DNA of 63,737 nt, counting the filler, from Intoshia linei (taxonomy: Eukaryota > Animalia > Orthonectida), in the NCBI GenBank assembly GCA_001642005.1. It is 5 parts of 5 records of this genome, joined end to end, with 100 filler letters (N's around TTAATTAATTAA, not from the genome) between each part and the next. Parts side by side here need not be neighbours in the genome. Positions count along the whole stretch, not along the records: positions 1 to 27,146 come from LWCA01000443.1; positions 27,247 to 54,021 come from LWCA01000467.1; 3 more parts are not named here. The stretch is one strand, 5' to 3'. Numbering within the stretch: position 1 is the stretch's first letter; each line of letters starts with the position of its first letter. The translations under genes and the position numbers were made by a program. Under the pieces are notes generated by a model. It saw nothing but the letters and a program-made list of their open reading frames with translations. It did no database searches and was not told where the DNA came from. Shown here in pieces: positions 26,193 to 37,058 of the stretch.

Positions 26193-27146
26193 AATCAAAA
26201 TCAAAATAAAATTAACAATTAATATATTTCAAGTTTATTTCAATGTGAGCGATGTTTGCATGTTTCAACTGAGTTAAGTGAATATTGCTGCAAATAAATT
26301 AACATTTTGACTCGTACATATCAATTTTTCAATGCAGAAAAAGAATGCATTAACCCAGTGTTCCAAATCTTTTTAAAGATAGCGCCCAATAAGTTTTTTA
26401 GAATTTCAACGAACCATAACAATGTGCAACCCATAACTAATTCGCCACAAAATAAATTGAAAATTATCTAGATGTAATATTATTTAGTTGTACGAAATTT
26501 CTAGATCTTGACTGATATGAATATAGTAAACATTTATTAGTTCAACGTTTCCCTCCCTATCATCTATCCATTCATATGATAAAAAACACTTCATTTATGC
26601 ATACTTTTTCTTAGAAAATTATAGAAACGTACAAAAAGTTCCAAGGAATTGGAGATTATTTTACAGGTTCAATTAAATGAATTTCTAAAAAGGGCTGGGA
26701 TCCTCTGCACTATATAATTTGTAGTCAAACAGTATTTTTAGTTTTAGTCATTACTCTCAAAGGTAGTGATTGTACCGGGAAAAAAACCGGAATATTTAAT
26801 AATTTCCGGGATTTTTACGATTTCCCGAAAAAAATTGAGACATACCTATATTTGATTTGTTTGTTATTATTATGAAAATATGATTATATTATAATATTTA
26901 AAATTTAACATTTCAAAAATCCCACCACTAATAAAATTTAATCAAAAATATCATTTCAAGCCCTCATGGAAAAATTGACTTACACCAGTATTCGTTTCAA
27001 AAATCCGATTTTACGAAATCTTATGAAAAAAATTAACTTCATCAAACCACAAATAAAAAATCTAATTTTCCAGACCTTAATGGAAAAATATCCTTTTTTA
27101 AAAACCTCTTATTCCAACCACAAATTACTAACGCTTAAGGGAATTA

Positions 27147-27246
27147 NNNNNNNNNNNNNNNNNNNNNNNNNNNNNNNNNNNNNNNNNNNNTTAATTAATT
27201 AANNNNNNNNNNNNNNNNNNNNNNNNNNNNNNNNNNNNNNNNNNNN
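27147..27246. other. Assembly gap linker N44-TTAATTAATTAA-N44
   Basis: 100-bp artificial spacer with six-frame stops. Confidence 0.99.
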
Positions 27247-27440
27247 TCCGTTAAAATAAAGTTCAGTTTTAATTTCTTTATAATATTTATACAGTAATAT
27301 ATAAAATGACAAACGCAACTCGAATAGATAGCGTTAAATATTTTTTATTGCGAATTAGTTTTTCTATTTTAAAAATACACACTTTTAGTGCTAATTTGCC
27401 CATCAAATTCTAAAATTTTTCAATAATTGTGACACCCTAA
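27247..27440 (+). repeat. Dispersed repeat; second copy at about 39874-40068
   Basis: TCCGTTAAAATAAAGTTCAGTTTTAATTTC...GACAAACGCAACTCGAATAGATAGCG is near-identical in both places. Confidence 0.9.
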
Positions 27441-27613
27441 TGCAAACTAATATCGAAGCTTGATATAATAATATTAATATTGATAGCTGTATTATATGAA
27501 TATAATACTATATAATTGGATTCAATTACTCATCCATCGAATTTATTATTTTTTTTTAACAGAATTAAGTGAAATAATTGATTATTTTAATAAAATATTA
27601 TAAAGACATAAAA

Positions 27614-28170
27614 ATGAATATATACTATGTATTAATTGCAATCATTTTGGTTTGGATAGGATCATGCCATTGCCAAATGAAATTTAATTCGAAATCAAGT
27701 CATGACATTTTACAGGATAATATTCTAGAATTGAAGAAAAAATATTTTAACTGTAATTATTTTCATAATGAAAGGTCCCCATTATAGGTTTACCAAATAA
27801 AATTTTATCATGAATTTTGCCCATCTAGCTAATTATTAACATAAAAATATTGACATTTCTCAACCCATAAATATTTAGTAAACACTGTTTACCTAATACA
27901 TCGTCTCCACAATGCCGGCCTGCGAAATAATTTTGAACAATTTTTTACTAATTAATTAAAGTCAATTTATTACGTTTTATATCAAACTTTTTTTAACTTT
28001 GCCTAGTAATTTCGGTTTAATGGTGTGTAATAAATTATATTATTTATTACGGATTCACTGTAAAAAAAATGATGGAACTTCTGACCTCTTATTTGTTTCC
28101 AAATTCTCTGGAAAAATGGATAATAGTGTATCTTATTTTTTAAATGTTAGTTCGACTTTAGTAAGTCTAC
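27614..28170 (+). pseudogene. Possible secreted-protein gene fragment or pseudogene
   Basis: Signal-peptide-like MNIYYVLIAIILVWIGSCHC and a later exon-like block IHCKKNDGTSDLLFVSK... ending at GTAAGT. No clean splice path found. Confidence 0.3.
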
Positions 28171-28308
28171 AACAATTAAATAATTTATTTATAGACTAAT
28201 TTACTTAATTTAGCTAATAAAGAATTGCGCAACATAGAAAATGTTATATTTAAAAAAATAAATTCAATTAATTAAAATGTACAGTACTAATTCGATTATA
28301 CACTAGAG

Positions 28309-31020
28309 CAGTGCTTTCCAACTCATTGTGGTTGGCGACTACATTTTAATCTGAAAAATTTTTGCGACACACCAATCTAAAAATATACTATTGATCCGTT
28401 GAAACAGGGTAACCAACATTAAGTTATTCTCAACCCGAATTTTTGAGCGAAGCTCAAAATTTAGCTGAGCGCAGCGAAACGTGTTATGAGCTGCTGCAGA
28501 TTAGAATATCGACTACTTTTAAAATGGGTTCGCACAGCTTTTTCGCCATCGTGTTTAATTACAAAAACTATCTCACATAAATTGCATTTTCCAGCAAACT
28601 CATTTTCCTTTATTAACCATTTTCGATAATCGGATTTTTTCAGCCATTCGTTGTTAAAAGATGTTAAGTACAATCATTTTTTATTCTTAGGAGTTCCATT
28701 TTCATTTTCAGACATTTTTTACTTCAACTACATGTAAAGAATCATTGTCATAAAAATCAAAAATGATAAAATAAAAAAGTATTACTATAATAATACAATA
28801 ATCTGGCGCGAGGAAACGAAAACGAATACAATGAAAAATATGGGTATCACTAAGTAATGGAATAAAATTAACTGCTAACACTAAGAGTCTTTTACCATAG
28901 AGAAAAAAATTATAGAATATAAATAAAATATGTCTGATCTGATGATTTTGATTGGTATAATTAAATTAGCCTGAGAAATATTACTTAATTCTGAGCCCTG
29001 AATTGAACTTGAAAACATGAATTTTTAGGGGAAAATAACGCAGTTGGCAACCCTGCGTTAAAACGAAATTTTTTCTAATAATAATCTCAAAATATAAAAT
29101 TATTGCTTCACTAAAGATTAACAATAATTATATATGTAATGTTATCAAAAAAAATGTATAAATTGAAAGAAGTGTGAATAAAAGTGAACAAATACAAAAA
29201 TAATAAGATCATTTCAAATACATGTATAATATAAATGTTTATATCTAATAAATTACAAAATTAATGATAGATTTGTGATTGTTTAAATGAACACATTCTT
29301 TTAATATTAGGAGGTATTTGTGTTAATGATACTCGCAATTCATCATCCAACGTTTTTAAGCTTCGTCGTTTGTAAGATTTAATTAGTAAAGTCAAAGAAA
29401 ATGAAATGTCACTTATGTATGTAGTTGAAAACTGTAAAAGTATTTTTAATGCTTCCTTAGCTACAGTAGGGTATATTTTCGAGACATTTATCCAAAAACT
29501 GCTGAGCTGTACGTTATTATACATATCTGATTACCTTTTGTCATTTTTAATATCTATTAATTCTTCTCCTCAATAAGACTAACATTTTTTGGTATTGAGA
29601 TGAATGGGTTTCTAATCCAGTCATAATCATTTGTATCAATATTGGGAAAATAATGGTGCAATTTACCTTGTAGATCCGTTAAATGATCGACAATTAAAGA
29701 AGTGATACTATATTTCAAATTACATTCATTGGTTTTTATAAACATGGCAAAATTTCCTTCTATTATACGCCTTTTTCAGACCTCCAACTTCTCTTTTAGC
29801 GAATGAATTTTATCAACTGAAGTTAATATATTTTCTTCTTTCCCTTGTATACTTGCATTTACTATATTGAGATAATCAAAAATATCAGAGCAGTAAGCCA
29901 ATTTAGTATACCAAAGTTGATTTTCGATTAATATACTAAATTCACTTTGTCCATTATCTTTAAAAAGTACCAGCATCATTTCTCTCAATACATATACACG
30001 AGAAAGGACACGTCCCATAGAAAGCAAACGAACATCAGAATGTATAATAAGATTAGAATATGGAGCTCCCATCTCTTCACATATAATAGCGAAACATCTT
30101 GATTTAAGAGGTCTAGTTTTAATATAATTAATCATTTTAACAACATTATCCATGACTTGTTTTAGATCATTTCCAATAGTCTTGGAAATTAAGACCTCAC
30201 GATGTATAAAGCAGTATGTGGTTCTAATCTGTACATTTTCAGTTTTTGCTAACCATGTAAAACCTTTTAAACAGCCTACCATTGATGGTACACCGTCTGT
30301 ACATAATCAAATACAGTTTTTCCACAACAAACCATTTGGTTTCATAAAAGAATCTACAGATGTCGAAATGTCGTCTCCTCGCGCTCGCAATAGCATTTGC
30401 AGGCAACATGAAAATTGTTCAATTATATTGTCATCTCTAATAAATCTTATAAAAACCATTAAGTTTGCTAGACTACTTACATCTGATGACTCATCCAATT
30501 GCAATGCAAAAATTTTATCATTATCACTAAAAATATCTTTGATTTGCATTTTTACGTGTTCTGACATATCTTGAATACGCCTTCCAATTGAATTGTCTGC
30601 TAAAGTAATTTTTTTAATTTTAGACTCAAATTCAGATCCGAACATAGTTTAAACAATTGCACAAGATTCTTTAATTGTCTTTTCTGCTATTGAGTGTGGT
30701 TGCTTATTTTTTGCCACTATTTGAGCAACCAGTTAACTGACCTCCTGAGCTTTATCTGATATTTTCACAGTATTCGTAAAAATTTCACATAGCTTTTTAA
30801 AATATTTTGATAATTGGACAAAATAAATTCTTGATTTTCTTGATGAATTAAAATGTTTTGTATGCAAATGACGTTGTAATTTGTTAGGTACCATACTTTC
30901 ATTAGCAAGAATGTCTCCACAAACTACACACTGTGGACGAGGATTGTCTTCGTCATCAAAAAATGTCAAACCAAATCTAACAAAATCACATTTATTAAAC
31001 GAGATTTATATTCTTTTTTC
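28309..31020 (-). mobile_element. Buster/Charlie (ZBED5/SCAND3-like) hAT transposon with a frameshifted transposase (29261-30980)
   Basis: BED finger PQCVVCGDILANESMVPNKLQRHLHTKH, FALQLDESSDVS, CTDG, YCFIHREVL, HSDVRLLSMG, LLQFSTTYISDISFS. 3' TIR CAGTGCTTTCCAAC at 28309 with flank CACTAGAG. 5' TIR not found. Confidence 0.92.
28461..29055 (-). mobile_element. Nested 5' fragment of a second hAT (Blackjack-like TIR) with a zinc finger
   Basis: TIR CAGGGTTGCCAACTG at 29055 (minus strand), followed by FNNEWLKKSDYRKWL...AGKCNLCEIVFVIKHDGEKAVRTHFKS. Confidence 0.7.
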
Positions 31021-31313
31021 ATTATTTCAAAAATGTGCGTGAACAATATTAAAAAATGTATTTGATGACTAATTTGATGTTTTATTTATTGATTTTGGCT
31101 GTAAAATAATCATTTTGGTGATGAATTTATTTAAATGGTCGCGTTACTGTAAATTAAAATACAAACACATAATAATTTACATGTTTTTGTAAATAACAGA
31201 AATGGACTTTATTGAATCTGGACTGCTTAGTAATCATTGCTTCATGGTAATTTGTATTATCAACCATCAACATTCATTTAAAATTTAAATATATATATAA
31301 ATATATCAAAAAA

Positions 31314-33976
31314 ATGACACAATTCCCAACTTCTGGTCAATTTAAAATGGATCATTATAATCGATATAAAATTTTTCACGTTAAATTAACGGATTCAAGC
31401 CTTGAAACGATAAGACAGTCCAAATTACCAGTAAATATACTTATTATACAATGTAAAATATATATCAATGTTTTCTACCCTAGGCCTTGTATAGTTTAGT
31501 TCCACGATAAAATACAAATCCATAATTTCCGCTATAGTTATTTGGAACAATATTCTAGTGAGATGTGTTAGTAAATGAAAAATAATTTCATATTGCATTA
31601 TCATATCTAGGAAAGATTGAAAATAAAGACTGACAGGCCATAATAGTTTAGTAAATAATTTGAATAAAACAGTGGTGGCCAGCTTAATTAACTTAAGTAT
31701 TATAATTAAGAAAGATTTTATTATTTCATTAGAATTTAAAAAGTCCGCTATCGGCAGATCTAGGTACTGTTTGTACGAAGTACATAACAGTCAACCTAGT
31801 GTATTATCAATATAATCATAAATAATATTTAATTATTTAGTATATTTCATTCGATAAGACAGAAAATGGAAACCAGGTATTTATATTACATCCAGTGTTT
31901 TTCAAAAAAAGAAAAATTTTTTACTGAGAAGTTTAAGAAAATCTATCCGAAAAATAATTTTTTGGCCACATCAGTTGAACTTTTCCAATAAATTCAATTT
32001 ACATTTTTAGATGTTCATTGATAATGTATCTTTCTCTTATACTAATGATAATAATTCAGATGGAAAAATGGAATGTCTGGAGTGGGATCAAGAAAGGTAT
32101 AATTATAACCAATGGTTATTGACCATTTTTTGTACATTTGTCTAACTTGTCTAATGATAATAATTTATTATTAATAAATGCCATGAGTTGGAAGCTTGAA
32201 TATTATAATTTTTAGTGTAAATCTAAAATGCCACAAATGGCGTTGGTCAATATTGACATTTTTGACTGTGTAGTAATATATCGCTATCATACTAATCGAG
32301 ATTCGAATATATACTTTTGATATAACTCACTTGTGATGTCTAACTGGCAGAGTGGTTATAGTCATATAATTGTATTTGTGTGGCTAGGTTCGAATCGAAA
32401 TTTAGACATCTTTTTATTTAAGATGAACTTATCAAGAAGTCTTATCTGCCAATCGTTACAGAATGGAAAGGTGAAAATTTCTGGGTAGAAATTTATAACA
32501 ATTATTTTAAAAACACTACAGAATTTGTTTTTTTTAAAATTCTGGGCTTTTTACTTTTTTAATCAAATGGTTTCTAATAAACAAACATACATTTTTAGTC
32601 ATTTTACTTTATATACTTAAATATAGCGTTATTAACCATTTGAGGAATATTCGTATTTTTAAAATAAGATTTATTGTAAAATTTAAAACAAGCTATGTGG
32701 AATTTCATTGTACAATTTTACTTATTACACCACATGTCATTTTTGCAGTAATGTATGCTTTCTAGGTACTTTAGTTTATTAATATTAAATTACAGAAGAA
32801 ATTGGAAACAGGCTTTTGCGATTTTATAATTTATTGATATTATCCATGAATCCTCAAAGAGTTAAATGTTATGTTTAGCAAGAAATTGAAAAATTTTGGT
32901 AAATTTTCGGGTAAAATGAAAATATGTGCCAACGATGATACATTTGATCAAACATGCCAAAAAATGAAAACTGTTGAAGAGGAATTTAGCAAAGTGAGGT
33001 AGTTTATGTTATCGTTTTCGGAACATTAAAATAAGTATCTTTAATAAAAATTGTTACAAATATCTTTGGAAATCAGTTTACTATCGATACAATCTTAATT
33101 TTTTCAATTTATATTTTACCTTACTTATAGAACTAAAGAGCTGTGCTATAAAAATACTGCTAAACTAAAAAAATCTTGCCAAATTGGACGTATACAAAAA
33201 CAAACAACTTGTGTACAGCAGAGTAGAATTACAAAATTAAACAATAAAAACAATAATATAACGTAACCAAAAACCTTTATATTTATTAACATAAATACAT
33301 ATGTAAACCTTAATAAAATGATAGGGATGTTTTTTTTATATTGTTTAATCTTTAACTTTATATTTCTGTTTTATATGGTAAGTGATTTTCAAATGGGATA
33401 CTCGCGCCTCAGGGTGCGTTTTAAATATTAACATATTGAAATTGGATTATATAAAATATTAAAAATTCACCTACATATTGTATATGTAGTAGTCAACTAC
33501 CGAAAATAACAAAGGACAGTCAAAATGGATATGAAAATAAAAGTAAAAAGAATAAGATTAACCGATTAATGTCAAAATTGAACAATATTCTCAAACCTTT
33601 AAATGAATTTGCTCAAATTATTGATATTACTACTGATAAACACGATGAAAATGATTATAATGTAATTAATATCTAGAAATATGTATTTATTGTGTATAAC
33701 TTGAACGACAGAAGTCTTGGGTACCTATTTTTTCTTGGAATTAGTTTAAAAAAAATGGGAACCACTGTTCTAATCTATTTATTTTATTCTCAACGGAAAC
33801 ACTGTAATTATAGCAACTCTGCATCCTTATTTAATAAATCGCCACAACTGTAAATATTTTTTTAATCTTAACTTTAGATGTCCAAAAATTCTGAAAAATT
33901 TATAAATCTTTATCACAGCTTATGCTCTAGTTTGGAATACATCCAGATTAAACAAGAACTGGAATCATTGTTGTAA
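31314..33976 (+). CDS. ELL: RNA polymerase II elongation factor ELL (about 253 aa, 7 exons)
   Basis: KIFHVKLTDSSLETI, SDGKMECL, GKMKICANDDTFDQTCQKMKTVEEE..RTKEL match the ELL N-terminal domain. All exons join in phase via GT-AG introns; stop TAA at 33974-33976. Confidence 0.85.
31700..31799 (+). mobile_element. Helitron 3' end (ELL intron)
   Basis: Family 3' terminus ...TCGGCAGATCTAGGTACTGTTTGTACGAAGTACATAACAGTCAACCTAG|T. Confidence 0.75.
32335..32416 (+). ncRNA. Intronic Pol III-type small RNA (tRNA-derived or vault-RNA-like)
   Basis: Box A TGGCAGAGTGG, box B GGTTCGAATC, perfect 9-bp terminal stem GATGTCTAA/TTAGACATC, immediate oligo-T terminator. T-stem and anticodon stem do not pair canonically. 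Confidence 0.6.
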
Positions 33977-34039
33977 AATTTGTTTTATTTTGTTATTAAA
34001 GTTTTAAAATGTGTATAATATTTAAAATTTTATAATTTA

Positions 34040-35607
34040 CTAGATTGACTGTTATGTACTACGTACAAACAGCACCTAGCTTTGCCGAGGGCACATTTTT
34101 ATTCTACCAAAAAAATAAATTATCCCTAAATATCATTATTCCTCAAATGTTTGATATATTAATTCCAATCAGATGCAAAAAATAAAATTTAAATAAATTA
34201 AAATTTTTTCATTTTTAATCGGACCGGTCGTTCTTTGAATTTTTGAACATTTGGTGGGTTTTTTAATTTTTTATTGAAATATGAAAAATGTTGATAAAAT
34301 TAAGAGATAATGAATAAACAAAAAATAACGCATACAAAGTATAAATGTAACAATTTTTGATCATTCAAATTTAGACATGTTTGTTAAAAATTGATTATCA
34401 GTATTTTTTACATGGGCATGTGCAATTCGTGTATATTTTTCGGTGAAAATCGATCATTTTTATTGAAATGGACTGGTTCACCCCATAATGTACCAACTAA
34501 CCATCCTGGAACATGACTCATTAGTTCACGTTTATATTCCCGATTTATCTGTACTTGTCTCAAATATCTAAAACAATAAATTAATAATATTATACAAAAT
34601 TAATGTAAAAATTTAATAAGATAAAAACTATTGAGCTAGGTAAAAACACTTCCCCCAATATTTAATGTAGAATTCCATAGAGAGATTATTGAAAAAGGCT
34701 GAAAATAATTGGTATAAATTTTTAAACTACTTCTGGAACTTTTTTAAATCATAAACATTATCATAAATCGCAACTTCAAAAACTTGCCTTTTACGATCAA
34801 AACCCTAGATTACCCTGCTTCTTAAAAATATCAAATTAAAAAAATATACTTTCTATCAAATTCAGCATATACAAAATGGTCGTAAAGCACTATTTGAATC
34901 CATTTGTTCAATTTCCATACGGCTATAATAAAAATACAATTATAAACTTGTCATTAAATAATTATAAAATTTTTTTTAAAAACAAAATCGATAGTATCGA
35001 GATATTTTTAATGTATTTTTGCCATCCCCGCTGTTATTAAATGGTATCTTCTAAAACAAGAGGTAAACAGCAAAAGAGGGCGAATACTGTGTTGACTGAA
35101 TTATTCCATCTTAATTTTTTTGTTAACATTTGCGTAAAGAATTTTAAAAACATGGTTATCCCATTTTTTAAATTTATTAGACAGAATGTGTATAATATTA
35201 AAATTAAAGTATAAACAGTCCAATCCTAAAAATTGTCATAAATAGCATAAATTCCAGAAAAAAATAAAATTATCAAAACCTATTTTGTCATTTTCAATGT
35301 GATGATATATTTTCAGTACCAATTTAATAATTACTTAAAAATACCAATTATGTATCAATAATTAACCGAATCTTCACTTTATAAATATATTTTAAAAAAA
35401 TTTTAAAAATATTGCAAAGGATTGTAATAAATATAACAAAGTTGTATTACTTTTAATAATCGTTGTTGCAGTTTTAATTAAATTTCATACAAAATGTTTT
35501 GAAAATGAGAATTTGAAATTTAAAAATTGCGTAGCAATGTAAAAAAAATCCGAAGGAATGAATTATATAGATTTTCACCCATATTTCTTTATTGGAAATG
35601 TGTAGAC
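34040..35607 (-). mobile_element. Non-autonomous Helitron (5' truncated by a hAT end at about 35608)
   Basis: CTAG 3' terminus at 34040-34043 with family hairpin; internal blocks shared with 44100-44350, 48550-49300 and 57960-58300. Confidence 0.75.
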
Positions 35608-35697
35608 CAAGGGTGGGGAACCAATTTCATACATAAGGCAACATTGCAATAATTTGAAATTGATAAGGCCGCACCATGAGATAAAAAAATATAATTA

Positions 35698-36392
35698 TCC
35701 TTATATATATAATATGCTACACAATATTTTTTTTGTGTGTGTGTTCCACTTTATGTCAATAACTACCAGTCTTAGAATTTTATAAAGTACACATTTTAAA
35801 TATAGTTTTTTCCGCAGGATATAATAAGATAAATTTCAAACTCACATCTTACAAGTCAAAAACCCCAATTGTCCTTTTTTTTTAAAAATCAAACGAGTTA
35901 GAGAATTTAAAAAAATATATACGCTGACCCTAAATTACCCTTCTTTTTTTAATGAAAACAGCCCTAGAATTTGAAAAAATTTACAGGTGGTACAGTTGTA
36001 TCCTGTTAACAGACACAAAAAATTTCAATCTGAATAAGTGACGACTTCACGGTCAAAAAAGCATTTTAATTTATATATTTTTTTCTCGAAATATTTTATT
36101 AATACAAAATGTGAAAAATTAACGGTCCGAAAATTAAATATCAATTATAAAAATTGCAAATAATCTATCTATTATAATATGATGGAGTAATTCACTGTAA
36201 AATAAAAAGTAATGTGATATGATGGTTCCACCTGAAACAAATTTGGGAACCCTCTTTTAAAGGTTTGATAATAGTGAATTGTAGGATTTTAAAGTTAGAT
36301 TTTTAACGTGAATTTATTTTTTAAGTTTAATAAAAATGTGCCCTCGGCAGAGCTAGGTCCTGTTTGTGCGTAGTACATAACAGTCAACCTAG
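35698..36392 (+). mobile_element. Complete non-autonomous Helitron (695 bp)
   Basis: A|TCCTTATATATATAAT..TTTGTGTGTGTGTTCC 5' end and hairpin-CTAG|T 3' end; inserted between A and T with no TSD. Confidence 0.85.
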
Positions 36393-37058
36393 TTCTTGAT
36401 AAATCTAAATTTCAATTGTCAAAAATGCCTTCATATCCAATTACGACATACTGTTAACATGTGGGATTATATAAAATCGAAAAGTTATTAGACATTGTCA
36501 ATATACATGTGTATAAGAGTCAAATTCCGTCCCGTAACATTCCAATGATTATATAGATTTACAAACATATCTTATAAGTGGTAAGTTATGATTAATAATC
36601 AATATTTTCTATTCATTACAAAAGAAACTAAAATTTTTAAATATGTGTAATGAAGGAAACTTAATTTATAATCAATAGTATTAAAGATAAATGAATAATT
36701 TTTAAAAATTTGATAATCAAACCTCTAGATAATTAAGTATAAATAAAGTAATCGCATAAAAATCAAATCTAAAGCTCTACAATTACAAAAATGAAATGAG
36801 TAATTAACTAAAAATTGACTGATTCATATATAAAATATGACACAAGTTATGTAGTATGAAATTTTTTTTAACTTTCATGTATCAAGTTACAAAAGTAATA
36901 CATTTTAACCTAAATAATGTGCATACTTATACATTATTGAAGCATGACATTTATTCGTTTTGAAATTCCACTTGCTATAATTAGATTTAATTATGTACAC
37001 CTTTCCACTTTAACTAATTGGTAAATTGTCATAAACAAAGATAAATATCGATATAATA

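Noticed and set aside
27147-27246. Conserved TTAATTAATTAA within N runs (four times) and ORFs ending XXXLIN
   Set aside because: Artificial scaffolding linker, not biology.
32338-32408. Canonical tRNA-Thr(TGT)
   Set aside because: T-stem, D-stem and anticodon stem fail to pair; kept only as a tRNA-like ncRNA.
34040-36392. A single TIR transposon with 60-bp TIRs
   Set aside because: No TSD; a TC 5' end at 35698 shows the ends are 3' termini of separate Helitrons.
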